Of a stretch of 64,000 nt of DNA, positions 25,746 to 36,616 are shown one piece after another. Below the pieces are notes generated by a model. That model was not told the origin of the DNA. It made no database searches and saw only the letters and a list, made by a program, of their open reading frames with translations. The position numbers and the translations under genes were made by a program. The stretch spans positions 52,081-116,080 of the forward strand of contig DGLB01000074.1 in the NCBI GenBank assembly GCA_002387845.1. Reading direction: 5' to 3'. Each line of letters begins with the position of its first letter. Position 1 is the stretch's first letter. This stretch comes from Stenotrophomonas maltophilia (GTDB lineage: Bacteria; Pseudomonadota; Gammaproteobacteria; Xanthomonadales; Xanthomonadaceae).

Positions 25746-28688
25746 TTAGAACTTCTTGCTGAGGTTCACGAAGAACGTACGGCCGAAGTAGTCATAGCCA
25801 CTGTACAGCGGGGAGTTGCCGATGGTGTTGTACACGCCGGCCCCCGGGCTGATGGTCGGCGGTTCCTTGTCGGCGAAGTTGCGCACGCCGGCGGTGGCCT
25901 GCCACTTGTCGGCGGTGTACTGCACCGAGAAGTCCTGGGTGATGTAGTTCGGCACGGCCAGGTCGTACGCCGAGGTTGCGGGATCTTCCTCGTAGTACGC
26001 ATAGCTGGACATGTCGTCCACCCAGTTCAGACCATAACGAACGCGCCATTCCTTGAACTTGTAGCTCAGGTCCAGCTGGCCGGTGAACTTCGGGTTGTTG
26101 ATCAGACCATTGGAATCGACCAGCGGATCATCCTCGAACACCTTGCCGGACTGCTCCAGGAAGCGCGAGATCTGGATGTTGGTGCGGAACTCGCCCGGAC
26201 CAATGTCACGCACGTAGCGGGTGGTGAAGTCCAGGCCGCGCACCTTGTCGGTGGCCAGGTTGGCGTAGCCATTCTGGACGGTCAGGGTGTTGTTGGCAGC
26301 GCGGCTGATCAGGCGGCAGACACCGTTGTTGGCGGCGAAATCACCGGTGGTGCCGTTGTAGCAGGTGCTGAGGATGTAGGCGGCACCCATCTGCGCCACG
26401 CCGTTCTCCACTTCGATGTCGTAGTAGTCGACGGCGAAGGAGAGGTCACCGAAGCCGCTGCCGAACTCCGGCTGGACCACCATGCCGATGGTCTTGGCGG
26501 TCGAGGTCTCAGCCTTCAGGTTGGCGCCGACCAGGCCACCACCGATCGAATCCACGCGCACCGAGTTGGTGGCGGTGAAGCTGGTCGGCAGGCCTTCGGA
26601 GGCACAGTTGATGTAGCGCGGGGTGGTCGGGTTGCGCGAGCCGTAGTTGTTGCAGGGATCGCTCGACGCGGCCAGGAAGCCGCTGGTGGCACCCAGGTAC
26701 TGTTCGAACAGGGCCGGGGCACGGTACGAGGTGCCGTACGACGCACGGAACGACAGCCACTTCACCGGGGTCCACAGGCCACCGATCTTGTAGGTGGTGT
26801 CATCGCCGTAGGACTTGTAGTCGGTGTAGCGGGCCGACGCGTTGAAGGTCAGCTCTTCGGCGGCGGTGACGCCCGACAGCAGCGGCAGTTCGATTTCGCC
26901 GTAGGCTTCCCACACCGAGTCGCTGCCGCGGGTCGGATCGGAGCTGGTCAGGCTGTACAGGTTGCGACTGATCGAATTCGGATTGGGCGTATCGTCGATC
27001 TTGGCCTTGCGATACTCGATACCGAAGGCACCGGCAGCGGTGCCGCCCGGCATGTCGAACAGCGGGCCGTTGACGTTCAGGTTGGCGGTCGATTCCTTGT
27101 ACGTCGTGTTGCCGGTGACCGGCGTGTAGACGAAGTTCTTCCAGGCCACCGGCAGGTTGCCGGCCAGGGTCTGCGCGTTGAGCATCGGTGCGGCGACGCA
27201 GCCGTTGGACGGATCGACGCAGCTGAAGCCGCCCGCGCCGTCGGAGACCACGTTCAGGCTCTGGGCCAGACGGTTGGTCAGGAAGCTGTTGAAGGTGTAG
27301 TCCGCGTCCGAATCAGCGTGGCTGACCATGAAGTCATAGTTCCACTCCGAACCCAGCGAACCACGAACGCCGGCGGTCGCGCGGAAGAAGTCCACGGTCT
27401 GCTTGCTGCGATCATTGCCGAAACCAATGAAGGTACGGGCAGCGACGTTTTGACCGTTGGTGGTTTCACTCGGCAGCGCGAAGGCCGGCAGGTTCGACAG
27501 GTTGCCCAGCAGCGGGTTGCCCACCGAGTAGTCATACGACAGCTGGCGGTAGCCGGTCTGGGTGGACTTGCGCTTGTTGCCCAGGAACTCGTAGTAGAAC
27601 TCGGCATCGCCCATCACGCCGAGGTCCACGCCACCCTGGAAGAACAGGGTGTGGGTTTCGGCCGGCGAAACCAGCGATTCCTTCAGCAGGCCCGGGTCGA
27701 AGGTGTCGCGGTCGTAGTAGCCGACAGCCTCATAGCCCGGCAGACGGCCGGTGGTGACGGCCGGGTTCGGGCGCCAGCGGTTTGCGCCGCCGAAGGTCGC
27801 CGTACCCAGGGTGTTGATGGTCACACCGCCGGAATCCAGGGTGAAGCACTTGGACTTGCCGGTGGTCGGGTCGATGTAGTCACCGCTGCCGAAGTAGTTG
27901 CCCACGTCCATGTCGCGCAGGCGGTCCATCGGGCAGCTGGCCCAGCCACGGTCGCCGACGGTCATTTCGTTGCGGCGGTAGTTTTCGTACGAACCGGAGA
28001 AGTGCGAACGCTCACCGGTGTTGCCGAAGACCAGCGAGTAGCGGGTTTCGTCGCCGCCACCGCTTTCGGTGGCGTTGTGCTGGAACTCGACTTCCACGCC
28101 GTCGACGTTCTTGCGGGTGATGATGTTCACCACGCCGGCCACGGCGTCGGAGCCGTAGATGGACGATGCGCCGTCCTTCAGGATTTCAACGCGGTCGACC
28201 ATCGCGCTGGGCAGCACGTTCAGGTCGGCCGAGCCGACCGAACCTCGCGAACCGGCCGGTGCGACGCGGCGGCCATTCAGCAGGATCAGGGTACGGGTGG
28301 CACCCAGGCCGCGCAGCGACAGGGTGTTGGCACCCGGGCCGCCATTGGTGACGTAGCCGCCGAAGGAGTTGTTGATCTGCGAGCTGCCGGCGGTGACGCT
28401 GTTGCTCTGCAGGGCAGAGGCCGTGGAGTTGAAGCCGGCCAGCGTGGTTTCTTCGCGGGTCACGACCTGCACCGGCGAGACCGAGTTGAACACGTCACGG
28501 CTGATGCGCGAGCCGGTGACGGTGACGGTGCCCAGGTCGGTGGCCTTCTTCTTGGCGGCTGCCTCTTCCTTCGTTTCGGTCGAGGTGGTGCTGTCCTGGG
28601 CGAACACGGGTGCCGAAGCGGCGAACACCATGGCGGTGGCCAGGGCGAAGCTCAGCGGATTACGGCTGAGCGACTTGCGATTGATCAT
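25746..28688 (-). CDS. TonB-dependent outer-membrane receptor
   Basis: Signal peptide. TonB box-like DLGTVTVTGSR. Plug motifs (VQVVTREE; LRGLGATRTLILLNGRR). About 900-aa barrel ending in the C-terminal aromatic residue (…LSKKF). Confidence 0.85.
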   Translation of the reverse strand: MINRKSLSRNPLSFALATAMVFAASAPVFAQDSTTSTETKEEAAAKKKATDLGTVTVTGSRISRDVFNSVSPVQVVTREETTLAGFNSTASALQSNSVTAGSSQINNSFGGYVTNGGPGANTLSLRGLGATRTLILLNGRRVAPAGSRGSVGSADLNVLPSAMVDRVEILKDGASSIYGSDAVAGVVNIITRKNVDGVEVEFQHNATESGGGDETRYSLVFGNTGERSHFSGSYENYRRNEMTVGDRGWASCPMDRLRDMDVGNYFGSGDYIDPTTGKSKCFTLDSGGVTINTLGTATFGGANRWRPNPAVTTGRLPGYEAVGYYDRDTFDPGLLKESLVSPAETHTLFFQGGVDLGVMGDAEFYYEFLGNKRKSTQTGYRQLSYDYSVGNPLLGNLSNLPAFALPSETTNGQNVAARTFIGFGNDRSKQTVDFFRATAGVRGSLGSEWNYDFMVSHADSDADYTFNSFLTNRLAQSLNVVSDGAGGFSCVDPSNGCVAAPMLNAQTLAGNLPVAWKNFVYTPVTGNTTYKESTANLNVNGPLFDMPGGTAAGAFGIEYRKAKIDDTPNPNSISRNLYSLTSSDPTRGSDSVWEAYGEIELPLLSGVTAAEELTFNASARYTDYKSYGDDTTYKIGGLWTPVKWLSFRASYGTSYRAPALFEQYLGATSGFLAASSDPCNNYGSRNPTTPRYINCASEGLPTSFTATNSVRVDSIGGGLVGANLKAETSTAKTIGMVVQPEFGSGFGDLSFAVDYYDIEVENGVAQMGAAYILSTCYNGTTGDFAANNGVCRLISRAANNTLTVQNGYANLATDKVRGLDFTTRYVRDIGPGEFRTNIQISRFLEQSGKVFEDDPLVDSNGLINNPKFTGQLDLSYKFKEWRVRYGLNWVDDMSSYAYYEEDPATSAYDLAVPNYITQDFSVQYTADKWQATAGVRNFADKEPPTISPGAGVYNTIGNSPLYSGYDYFGRTFFVNLSKKF

Positions 28689-29220
28689 GAATGGATCCCC
28701 TTGGAACGAACGTTTGCGTAAAACACCGGCGACAGTGACCAGCAGGCGTCTCCGTGTGCCCTCGGATCAGGTGTTGGCGTTGTTTTGCCCCCTGCATCAC
28801 CAGCTTTACGAGCTGATGACTTGAAGTTAACACAGGCTTAACGCGGCCTGTCAACTGTTCATCAAGAAGTCATAAAAACAAGATACGCAAAGCGAATCTT
28901 TCGTTCTCATTTGACGTGTAATGCATTGAGCTAAAAGGAAAAAATGATGGTTTCAATTGGAACGATCAAAATCCAAACTGTGACGTATGCACGCTTTTTC
29001 AGTTGGCCGGGCGCGCCCCTGTGTTGCGTTGCAGGTCGGATTTGACGCCCAAGACAACCCTAGGACAGCGCGGGACATCGACGTGCGGAAGTGGGCAAAG
29101 CGGGTGACGGCTGAATGCGCGACCTGGATTGCCGCGTTCCATCCCCGGCGGGTAGCTGGAGGCAGGGCCGGGATGGGCAGCCCTGTATAGTGGCGGGCTT
29201 TCCCGTTCTGCTTTTCCGGA

Positions 29221-30087
29221 GTGCCCGCAGTGAGTGCCAGCCCCTCTCGACGTCCCCATGCCAGCCAGGTGCAGAAGGGCCTCAGCCCGCATCCGCGCGT
29301 TCGCAACGTGATCGCGGTGGGCTCGGGCAAGGGCGGGGTGGGCAAGTCCACCACGGCGGTGAACCTGGCCGTGGCCCTGGCCAAGCTGGGCGCGCGCGTG
29401 GGCCTGCTCGATGCCGACATCTACGGCCCCAGCGTGCCGACCATGCTGGGCCTGAGCGGCCGTCCGGAAAGCCCCGACAACAAGTCGATCGAACCGCTGC
29501 GCGCGTTCGGCGTGGAAACCATGTCGATCGGCTATCTGATTGAAGACGAAACGCCGATGATCTGGCGCGGTCCGATGGCCACTTCGGCCATGACCCAGTT
29601 CTTCAACGACACCCTGTGGGACGACCTGGATTACCTGCTGATCGACCTGCCGCCGGGTACCGGCGACATCCAGCTCACCCTGACCCAGAAAATCCCGTTG
29701 GCCGGCGCGGTCATCGTCACCACGCCGCAGGACATCGCCACGCTGGATGCGAAGAAGGCGCTGAAGATGTTCGAGAAGGTCGAGGTGCCGGTGCTGGGCA
29801 TCGTCGAGAACATGGCCGTGCACACCTGCAGCAACTGCGGCCAGGTCGAGCACCTGTTCGGCGACGGCGGCGGCCAGCGCATGGCCGCGCAGTACGGCGT
29901 GCCGCTGCTGGGCTCGCTGCCGCTGGACATCGGCATCCGCGAGCAGGGCGATGTCGGCACGCCGATCGTCGCCGCTGCGCCGGAATCCCCTGCGGCCAAG
30001 GCCTATCTGGCCGCCGCCGAGCGCCTGGTCGAGGAAATGGGCAAGCGTCCGCGCGCCAGCATCCCGATCCTGTCCCAGCTGCTTTGA
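29221..30087 (+). CDS. apbC: Mrp/ApbC-family iron-sulfur cluster carrier ATPase
   Basis: [25 protein letters not shown] deviant Walker A, and CxxC (CSNCGQ). The exact start (GTG 29221 or 29230) is uncertain. Confidence 0.8.
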   Translation: MPAVSASPSRRPHASQVQKGLSPHPRVRNVIAVGSGKGGVGKSTTAVNLAVALAKLGARVGLLDADIYGPSVPTMLGLSGRPESPDNKSIEPLRAFGVETMSIGYLIEDETPMIWRGPMATSAMTQFFNDTLWDDLDYLLIDLPPGTGDIQLTLTQKIPLAGAVIVTTPQDIATLDAKKALKMFEKVEVPVLGIVENMAVHTCSNCGQVEHLFGDGGGQRMAAQYGVPLLGSLPLDIGIREQGDVGTPIVAAAPESPAAKAYLAAAERLVEEMGKRPRASIPILSQLL

Positions 30088-30128
30088 ACCGCTTAGAATC
30101 CTTGCCTCAACGCACCCAGGACCCCCCG

Positions 30129-30701
30129 ATGAGCATCAAGAGTGACCGCTGGATCCGCCGCATGTCCGAACAGCACGGCATGATCGAGCCGTTCGAGCCC
30201 GGCCAGGTCAAGCAGGCCAACGGCCAGCGCATCGTCAGCTACGGCACCTCCAGTTACGGCTACGACGTGCGCTGCTCGCGCGAGTTCAAGGTGTTCACCA
30301 ACATCAACTCCACCATCGTCGACCCCAAGCATTTCGACAGTGGCAGCTTCGTCGACATCACCGCCGACGAATGCATCATTCCGCCCAACAGCTTCGCGCT
30401 GGCGCGCACCGTGGAGTACTTCCGCATTCCGCGCGACACCCTGGTGGTGTGCCTGGGCAAGAGCACCTACGCGCGTTGCGGCATCATCGTCAACGTGACC
30501 CCGCTGGAACCGGAGTGGGAAGGCCACGTCACCCTGGAGTTCAGCAACACCACGCCGCTGCCGGCGCGCATCTACGCCAACGAAGGCGTGGCCCAGATGC
30601 TGTTCTTCCAGGCGGCTGCCGATGACGTCTGCGAAACCTCGTACAAGGACCGCGGCGGCAAATACCAGGGCCAGACCGGCGTCACCCTGCCGCGCACGTA
30701 G
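30129..30701 (+). CDS. dcd: dCTP deaminase
   Basis: [12 protein letters not shown]...[13 protein letters not shown]...[10 protein letters not shown], near-identical in layout to enterobacterial Dcd. Stop TAG lies inside a SMAG repeat. Confidence 0.9.
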   Translation: MSIKSDRWIRRMSEQHGMIEPFEPGQVKQANGQRIVSYGTSSYGYDVRCSREFKVFTNINSTIVDPKHFDSGSFVDITADECIIPPNSFALARTVEYFRIPRDTLVVCLGKSTYARCGIIVNVTPLEPEWEGHVTLEFSNTTPLPARIYANEGVAQMLFFQAAADDVCETSYKDRGGKYQGQTGVTLPRT

Positions 30702-30719
30702 TGCCGGGCTTGCCCGGCA
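30698..30719. repeat. SMAG REP palindrome (GTAGTGCCGGGCTTGCCCGGCA)
   Basis: Read directly from the sequence. Overlaps the dcd stop codon. Confidence 0.8.
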
Positions 30720-30737
30720 ACAACCCCCTGAAACAAA

Positions 30738-30764
30738 AATGCCGGCCCTCAGGCCGGCATTTTC
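30738..30764. terminator. Bidirectional rho-independent terminator (A-tract, GCCGGCC-ctca-GGCCGGC, T-tract)
   Basis: aaaaatGCCGGCCctcaGGCCGGCatttt lies between convergent dcd and a small minus-strand gene. Confidence 0.75.
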
Positions 30765-30777
30765 ACGTTTGCGGGAT

Positions 30778-30935
30778 CATTTCCCGCGACCGAACAACAT
30801 CGCCACGCCCACCGCCACCAGGCCCACCGGCCACCAGGTCAGGAACAGCCGGGACAGATTCAACTGGGTCCAGCCCAGGTTGCTGGCCAGCATGAACAGG
30901 CCGATCAGGATCAACAGGATGGCAGCGACAAGATT
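30778..30935 (-). CDS. Small (52 aa) two-helix membrane protein, not in the ORF track (<60 aa)
   Basis: Translation MRFNLVAAILLILIGLFMLASNLGWTQLNLSRLFLTWWPVGLVAVGVAMLFGRGK: two hydrophobic helices. Bounded by the terminator and the HIT gene. Confidence 0.45.
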
Positions 30936-30960
30936 GAAACGCATGGGATGTGGTCTGGAC

Positions 30961-31383
30961 TCAGGGCTGGGGCGAATATCCTAGCCGTTCCTTCCAGTAC
31001 GCGACACGTTCGGTCAGCACATCCGGGTCGAACCGGTGCGCCTGCCCGTGGCCCCAGACCGGCGCAGGCCAGGCCGGGTCGCCCTGGTGGCGGCCAATCA
31101 CGTGGAAGTGCAGCTGGCGTACGATGTTGCCCAGCGAGCCGATGTTGATCTTCTCGACCCCGTCGGTGCCCTTGAGCGCCTTGCAGGCCCGGTTCAATTC
31201 GGTGCGCAGCTTGTCCTGCTGCTCGCCGTCCAGCTCGATCCACTCGGTGATATCCGCCAGACGCGGCACCAGGATCAACCACGGGTACCGCTCGTCATTC
31301 ATCAACCGCACTTGCGACAACGGGCCTTCGTCTACCAGCACACTGTCGGTGGCCAGGCGGGAATCCAGTTCAAACTCGCTCAT
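30961..31383 (-). CDS. HIT-family (histidine triad) nucleotide hydrolase
   Basis: HIT motif QLHFHVIGR (HxHxHxx), 140 aa. Confidence 0.8.
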   Translation of the reverse strand: MSEFELDSRLATDSVLVDEGPLSQVRLMNDERYPWLILVPRLADITEWIELDGEQQDKLRTELNRACKALKGTDGVEKINIGSLGNIVRQLHFHVIGRHQGDPAWPAPVWGHGQAHRFDPDVLTERVAYWKERLGYSPQP

Positions 31384-32057
31384 CCAAGATGCTCCGAAAA
31401 GAAGTCAAGGGTGCGTTGCAGCGCCAGGGCGGCGCTGTCTGGATCATACGCGTGTCCGACGCTCCGGTTGAAGGCATGGTCGGCCGGGTACACATAGGTG
31501 GCCATCTGCGGCAGCTTCTCGCGGTGGGCCTGCACGGCCTCCGGCGGGATGCTGGCGTCCTGCGCGCCGAAGTGGAAGATCACCGGGGCCTTGGGCGTTT
31601 CATCCAGGAACTTCACGTTGCGCGCCCCGTAATAGCTCACTGACGGCAGGGCCAGGCGCAGTGCGGAGAGCAGGGCGATGCTGCCGCCCCAGCAGTAGCC
31701 CACCGTGCCGACCTTGCCGGCCGGGGCCAGCTTCGAGGCCGCTGCGCGCACGATCTCCAGCGGTTTTTCCACCCCCAGCGCATCGACCAGCGCCTTGCCC
31801 TGGGTGACGCCTTCGGCATCGTAGGGCAGCACCAGCGGCTCCGCCGTGTTCGCGCCTTCCTCGTTGAGATCGAAGAACGACGGGGCCAGCACCGCATAGC
31901 CCTGCTCGGCAAATCCTTCGGCCACCTCGCGGATATGCGGGTTGGCTCCAAAAATCTCCTGGATGATCACCAGCCCCCCGCGCGGCTTGCCCTCCGGCAG
32001 TGCCTGCCAGGCCCGGACAGGACCGTAATGCGTATCCAGCGTGACCCACTCACCCAT
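31380..32057 (-). CDS. Dienelactone hydrolase-family alpha/beta hydrolase
   Basis: GYCWGGSIAL nucleophile elbow. DLH-like length. Start overlaps the HIT gene by 4 nt. Confidence 0.75.
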   Translation of the reverse strand: MGEWVTLDTHYGPVRAWQALPEGKPRGGLVIIQEIFGANPHIREVAEGFAEQGYAVLAPSFFDLNEEGANTAEPLVLPYDAEGVTQGKALVDALGVEKPLEIVRAAASKLAPAGKVGTVGYCWGGSIALLSALRLALPSVSYYGARNVKFLDETPKAPVIFHFGAQDASIPPEAVQAHREKLPQMATYVYPADHAFNRSVGHAYDPDSAALALQRTLDFFSEHLG

Positions 32058-32274
32058 TGCCGTACTCCTGATGGTTCAGGCGTTCATTATCGGCTGTGCG
32101 AGGGTTATCGGGATGTAAGTGAACATGCGTGATCTGGCCGGATTCTTCGCCTTGCCTGCCATCCTGTTCATGGCAGTGCCTGTTGGGCCGGTATACTGGC
32201 GGCCTTTCAGGCCCCGGCCCCCAGGTCTGCCTGCCCTCCCGGCAGCGGCCCAGGCCCCCAGAGTCCCGCGATCC

Positions 32275-33642
32275 ATGTCCCAGCTGAACCCCAAAGTCGG
32301 CTTCGTCAGCCTTGGCTGCCCGAAGGCCCTTGTCGATTCCGAGCGCATCCTCACCCAGTTGCGGGCCGAGGGCTACGACATCGTGCCCTCCTATGACTCG
32401 GCCGACGTGGTCGTGGTCAACACCTGTGGCTTCATCGATTCGGCCGTGACCGAGTCGCTGGACGCCATTGGCGAGGCGATGAACGAGAACGGCAAGGTCA
32501 TCGTCACCGGCTGCCTGGGCAAGCGCCCGGAGGAGATCCGCAAGGCCTACCCGGACGTGCTGGCCGTCTCAGGTCCGCAGGACTACCAGAGCGTGATGGA
32601 GGCGGTGCACGCCGCGTTGCCGCCCAAGCATGACCCGTTCGTGGACCTGGTCCCGGACTACGGGATCAAGCTGACCCCGCGCCATTACGCTTACCTGAAG
32701 ATTTCCGAAGGCTGCAACCACCATTGCAGCTTCTGCATCATTCCGTCGATGCGCGGCAAGCTGGTCTCGCGCCCCGTGGACGACGTGCTGCGCGAAGCCG
32801 AACGGCTGGTGCGTGGCGGCGTCAAGGAACTGCTGGTGGTGTCGCAGGACACCTCGGCCTACGGCGTGGATGTGAAGTACGCCGAGCGCATGTGGCGTGA
32901 CAAGGCCTACCAGACCCGGATGAAGTCGCTGTGCGAGGGCTTGTCCGAACTGGATGCCTGGACCCGCATGCACTACGTCTACCCGTACCCGCACGTGGAC
33001 GACGTGGTGCCGCTGATGGCGGAAAACCGCATCCTGCCGTACCTGGACATTCCATTCCAGCACGCCAGCCCGCGCATCCTGAAGCTGATGAAGCGGCCGG
33101 GTGCGGTCGACAAGACGCTGGAGCGCGTGCAGCGCTGGCGCCAACTGTGCCCGGACATCACCGTGCGCTCGACCTTCATTGTCGGCTTCCCGGGTGAAAC
33201 CGAGGCCGAGTTTGAAGAGCTGCTGTCGTTCCTGGACGAAGCGCAGCTGGATCGTGTGGGGGCGTTTGCCTACTCGCCGGTTACCGGTGCGACGGCCAAC
33301 GACCTGCCCGGCGCGGTCCCGGACGAGGTCAAACAGGAGCGCCTAGCCCGCTTCATGGCCCGCCAGGCGGAAATCTCCGCCGCGCGGCTGGAAGCCAAGA
33401 TCGGCACCGTGCAGCAGTGTCTGGTCGATGCCATTGAAGACGGTATCGCGGTGGCGCGCTCCAAGGCTGACGCCCCGGAAATCGACGGCCTGGTGCACAT
33501 CCAGAACGCCGACGAGGCACGCCTGCGGGTGGGCCAGTTCGTCAATGTCGAAATCACCGAGAGCGACGAGCACGACCTCTATGGCGACGCGCTGATCGAG
33601 GACGCCCCGGCGCGCAAGCTCCTCGACCTCAAGGTGCTGTGA
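32275..33642 (+). CDS. rimO: Ribosomal protein S12 methylthiotransferase RimO
   Basis: [23 protein letters not shown] (MTTase N-terminus), radical-SAM [13 protein letters not shown]-terminus. Start 32275, not the upstream ORF extension. Confidence 0.85.
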   Translation: MSQLNPKVGFVSLGCPKALVDSERILTQLRAEGYDIVPSYDSADVVVVNTCGFIDSAVTESLDAIGEAMNENGKVIVTGCLGKRPEEIRKAYPDVLAVSGPQDYQSVMEAVHAALPPKHDPFVDLVPDYGIKLTPRHYAYLKISEGCNHHCSFCIIPSMRGKLVSRPVDDVLREAERLVRGGVKELLVVSQDTSAYGVDVKYAERMWRDKAYQTRMKSLCEGLSELDAWTRMHYVYPYPHVDDVVPLMAENRILPYLDIPFQHASPRILKLMKRPGAVDKTLERVQRWRQLCPDITVRSTFIVGFPGETEAEFEELLSFLDEAQLDRVGAFAYSPVTGATANDLPGAVPDEVKQERLARFMARQAEISAARLEAKIGTVQQCLVDAIEDGIAVARSKADAPEIDGLVHIQNADEARLRVGQFVNVEITESDEHDLYGDALIEDAPARKLLDLKVL

Positions 33643-34454
33643 CCACGGCGGCGGCCGATGCCGGCGGCGTGCGCCGCCGGTTCGTTGCGCCGCTGCGAGC
33701 CGAGGTGGCGGCGGTCACGTTCGACCACCCCTTGTTCGCGCAGGTCGCCGGTTTCCGGGATCTGCTGACAGGTCCCGAGTGGCCATCCGTGTCAATGCTG
33801 GACCGGCGTCTGGCATTGGACGGCAAGCGCCTGGCCGAACAGACCGATGTGCTGCTTGCCGATGGCCTTCACTACGAATCGCGCATTGCGCGCGGCCTGA
33901 TTGCCACCCGTGCGCAGAACTGGCACGACCTGTTCAACGCGCTGGTCTGGGCGCGCTACCCCGCGCTCAAGCAGGCACTCAACGCGCAGCAGTGTCGGCA
34001 TGTGGATGTGCAGGGGAGCCAGCGCAATCGCGCGCAGGCCGCGCTGACCCAGTTCGATGAATTCGGCGTGGTGGTGCGAGTGCGTGATCCTGCGCTGCTG
34101 CAGGCGTGGGATGCGCATGACTGGGAAACACTGTTTGTCGCGCATGCCAACGCATGGGGGGATGGGCGCATCGCCGTCGCTGCTGTGTTTGGGCATGCAC
34201 TGATGGAGCAGGCGCTGCTGCCGAAGCGGTTGCTGGTGGGGAAATGTCTGGTGGTGCGGGGTGATGATGACGCGCAGGCGGTTGTGACGGTGGCGGCGGA
34301 GATTGCCGCAGGCCGCGTGCTGTGCGACCCGTTGGAGCTGCGGCCGTTGCCGTTGATGGGCGTGCCGGGCTGGTGGTGGCGTCAGGATGCGCGGTTCTAT
34401 GCGGATACGGGTTACTTCCGGCCCCTGCGTGAGGGCCGTGCATACCCAACGTAG
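33639..34454 (+). CDS. Conserved hypothetical protein (DUF3025-like), translationally coupled to rimO
   Basis: Start overlaps the rimO stop (GTGA). No recognisable catalytic motif. Domain family assigned from memory only. Confidence 0.4.
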   Translation: MTTAAADAGGVRRRFVAPLRAEVAAVTFDHPLFAQVAGFRDLLTGPEWPSVSMLDRRLALDGKRLAEQTDVLLADGLHYESRIARGLIATRAQNWHDLFNALVWARYPALKQALNAQQCRHVDVQGSQRNRAQAALTQFDEFGVVVRVRDPALLQAWDAHDWETLFVAHANAWGDGRIAVAAVFGHALMEQALLPKRLLVGKCLVVRGDDDAQAVVTVAAEIAAGRVLCDPLELRPLPLMGVPGWWWRQDARFYADTGYFRPLREGRAYPT

Positions 34455-34475
34455 TGACGCGCCATGCGCGTCATA
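34451..34475. repeat. REP-type palindrome GTAGTGACGCGCCATGCGCGTCA
   Basis: Same family as 7257; read directly. Confidence 0.75.
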
Positions 34476-34485
34476 GCGGTGCTGG

Positions 34486-34989
34486 CTACCCCGCGTAATC
34501 CACCGCCAGAATCGCAAACCCGGTGCGCCCACTCGGCAGCTCCACTTCAAACTCATCATCCACGCGCTTCTTCAACAATGCCCGCGCCAGCGGTGAATCA
34601 ATGCTGATCCAGCCGGCACCGGCATCGGTCTCATCCGGCCCGACGATGCGATAGCGCGAGGTGTCTCCGCTGTCGACATTCTCCAGCTCCACCCAGGCCC
34701 CGAAGAACACCGCCTGCGGATCGGTCGGCACGGTATCCACCACCCGCAGCGACTCCAGTCGCTTGGTCAGGTAGCGCACCCGGCGATCGATCTCGCCCAG
34801 CTGCTTCTTGCGATAGGTGTATTCGGCATTCTCCGAGCGGTCGCCCTCGGCCGCAGCGGCGGCCAGCGCCTTCACCACCTCCGGCCGCTTCACCCGCCAC
34901 AGTTCATCCAGCTCGCTTTTCAGGCGCTGATGCCCCTGTGCGGTGATCAGTGCCGTGCTCTTTTCGCCGGGTGGACGCCAACGTGACAT
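34486..34989 (-). CDS. greB: Transcription elongation factor GreB
   Basis: [37 protein letters not shown] ... [13 protein letters not shown] closely tracks E. coli GreB. Confidence 0.85.
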   Translation of the reverse strand: MSRWRPPGEKSTALITAQGHQRLKSELDELWRVKRPEVVKALAAAAAEGDRSENAEYTYRKKQLGEIDRRVRYLTKRLESLRVVDTVPTDPQAVFFGAWVELENVDSGDTSRYRIVGPDETDAGAGWISIDSPLARALLKKRVDDEFEVELPSGRTGFAILAVDYAG

Positions 34990-36500
34990 CAGCGCTTGCC
35001 GCCAAAAATGCTGCCCAGGATGCCGCGCACGATCTGGTTACCCAGCTTGGTGCCCACCGTGCGGGTGGTCTGTTTGGCCATGGTTTCGATCATGCCCTGG
35101 CGGCGCTTGGTGCCAAAGATCGCGTCCTTGATCGACTGGCCGAAGCCACCGTCCTGCGCCTCGTCCTGCTCGCGCGTGCGTGCCTTGGGCGCATCGGCCT
35201 GCTGCACGGCTTTCTCCGCACGCTGTGCCAGCAGCTCGGCCGCCGATTCGCGGTTCACTGCGGTGTCATAGCGGGTACCCACGGGGCTGCCGGCACGCAC
35301 CTGGGCGCGCTCAGCCTCGGTGATCGCGCCCATGCGGCAGCGTGGCGGCGCGATCCGGGTCTGCTGCACCGGTGAGGGAATGCCCTTGTCCTGCAAGGTG
35401 GAGACCAATGCTTCGCCGGTGCCCAGCTGCGACAGGGTGGCCACTACATCCAGTTTGGGATTCGGCACGAAGGTCTCGGCGGCGATCTTCACCGCCTTCT
35501 GGTCGCGCGGCGTAAAGGCGCGCAACGCATGCTGCACCCGGTTGCCAAGCTGGCCGAGGATGTTGGCCGGTACGTCATCCGGGAACTGCGAACAGAAGTA
35601 CACGCCCACGCCCTTGGAGCGGATCAGCCGCACCACCTGCTCGATGCGCTGCACCAGGGCGGGCGGGGCGTCGTCGAACAGCAGGTGCGCTTCGTCGAAG
35701 ATGAAGACCAGCTTGGGCTTTTCCAGGTCCCCGACTTCCGGCAGCGTTTCAAACAGTTCCGACAGCAGCCAGAGCAGGAAGGTCGAATACAGCCGCGGCT
35801 TCAGCACCAGCTGGTCGGCGGCCAGGATGCCGATCACCCCGCGCCCGTCGTGGTTGACCCGCATCAGGTCAGCCAACTCCAGCGCCGGCTCGCCGAAGAA
35901 CGATTCGCCGCCGTCCTGCGACAGGCGCAGCAGGGCGCGCTGGATCGCCGCCACGGTCTGCGCGCTGACCAGGCCGTACTCGGTGGAGATGTCCTTGCGC
36001 TCATCGGCCACCACGCCCAGCAGGGCGCGCAGGTCGTCCAGGTCGAGCAGCAGCAGGCCGCGGTCGTCGGCCAGCTTGAACACGATGTCGAGCACGCCGG
36101 CCTGGGTGTCGTTGAGCTCCAGGATGCGCGCCAGCAGGGTCGGGCCCATTTCGCTGACGGTGGTGCGCACCGGATGGCCCAGCTTGCCGTACAGGTCCCA
36201 GAAGATCGCCGGGCTGCCGGCCGGGGCGTAGTCGCTCACGCCGATCTCCTGCGCGCGCTGCAGCAGCTTTTCGCCACCGGCTCCTGGCACGGCCAGGCCG
36301 GAGACATCGCCCTTCACATCGGCCAGGAACACCGGCACCCCGATCCGTGAAAAGCCTTCTGCCAGGGTCATCAGGGTCACGGTCTTGCCGGTGCCGGTGG
36401 CTCCGGCCACCAGCCCGTGGCGGTTGCCCAGCGCGGGTTGCAGGGTGACGGCGATATCGTCGGTGACGCCTTTGCCAAGCAGGATCGGGTCCATGGTCAA
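34989..36500 (-). CDS. HerA-like/DUF853 P-loop ATPase (YjgR family)
   Basis: Walker A GATGTGKT. About 500 aa, organisation typical of YjgR/DUF853 proteins. Confidence 0.65.
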   Translation of the reverse strand: MTMDPILLGKGVTDDIAVTLQPALGNRHGLVAGATGTGKTVTLMTLAEGFSRIGVPVFLADVKGDVSGLAVPGAGGEKLLQRAQEIGVSDYAPAGSPAIFWDLYGKLGHPVRTTVSEMGPTLLARILELNDTQAGVLDIVFKLADDRGLLLLDLDDLRALLGVVADERKDISTEYGLVSAQTVAAIQRALLRLSQDGGESFFGEPALELADLMRVNHDGRGVIGILAADQLVLKPRLYSTFLLWLLSELFETLPEVGDLEKPKLVFIFDEAHLLFDDAPPALVQRIEQVVRLIRSKGVGVYFCSQFPDDVPANILGQLGNRVQHALRAFTPRDQKAVKIAAETFVPNPKLDVVATLSQLGTGEALVSTLQDKGIPSPVQQTRIAPPRCRMGAITEAERAQVRAGSPVGTRYDTAVNRESAAELLAQRAEKAVQQADAPKARTREQDEAQDGGFGQSIKDAIFGTKRRQGMIETMAKQTTRTVGTKLGNQIVRGILGSIFGGKR

Positions 36501-36616
36501 CTCGCTGTGGTCGGGCAGGTGAATGGGGAAATTCTAAACGCCGGAAGGCGGTCGGCGCGTGACCGGGTTGCCCGGATGCAAGCCGCGCGGCTACTCTGCC
36601 TGCTCATTCGTTCACA

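Noticed and set aside
25641-28721. 1026-aa plus-strand ORF antisense to the TonB-dependent receptor
   Set aside because: GC-driven antisense frame (Gly/Arg/Ala/Val-rich, no motifs). The receptor on the minus strand has signal peptide, plug and C-terminal Phe.
32119-32274. Upstream extension of rimO ORF (start at 32119) and similar 5' extensions for prmB (40055), aroC (41182), trpF (47160), accD (61499)
   Set aside because: Family-conserved N-termini begin at the downstream Met/GTG ([52 protein letters not shown]), and these positions give canonical overlaps with upstream stop codons.
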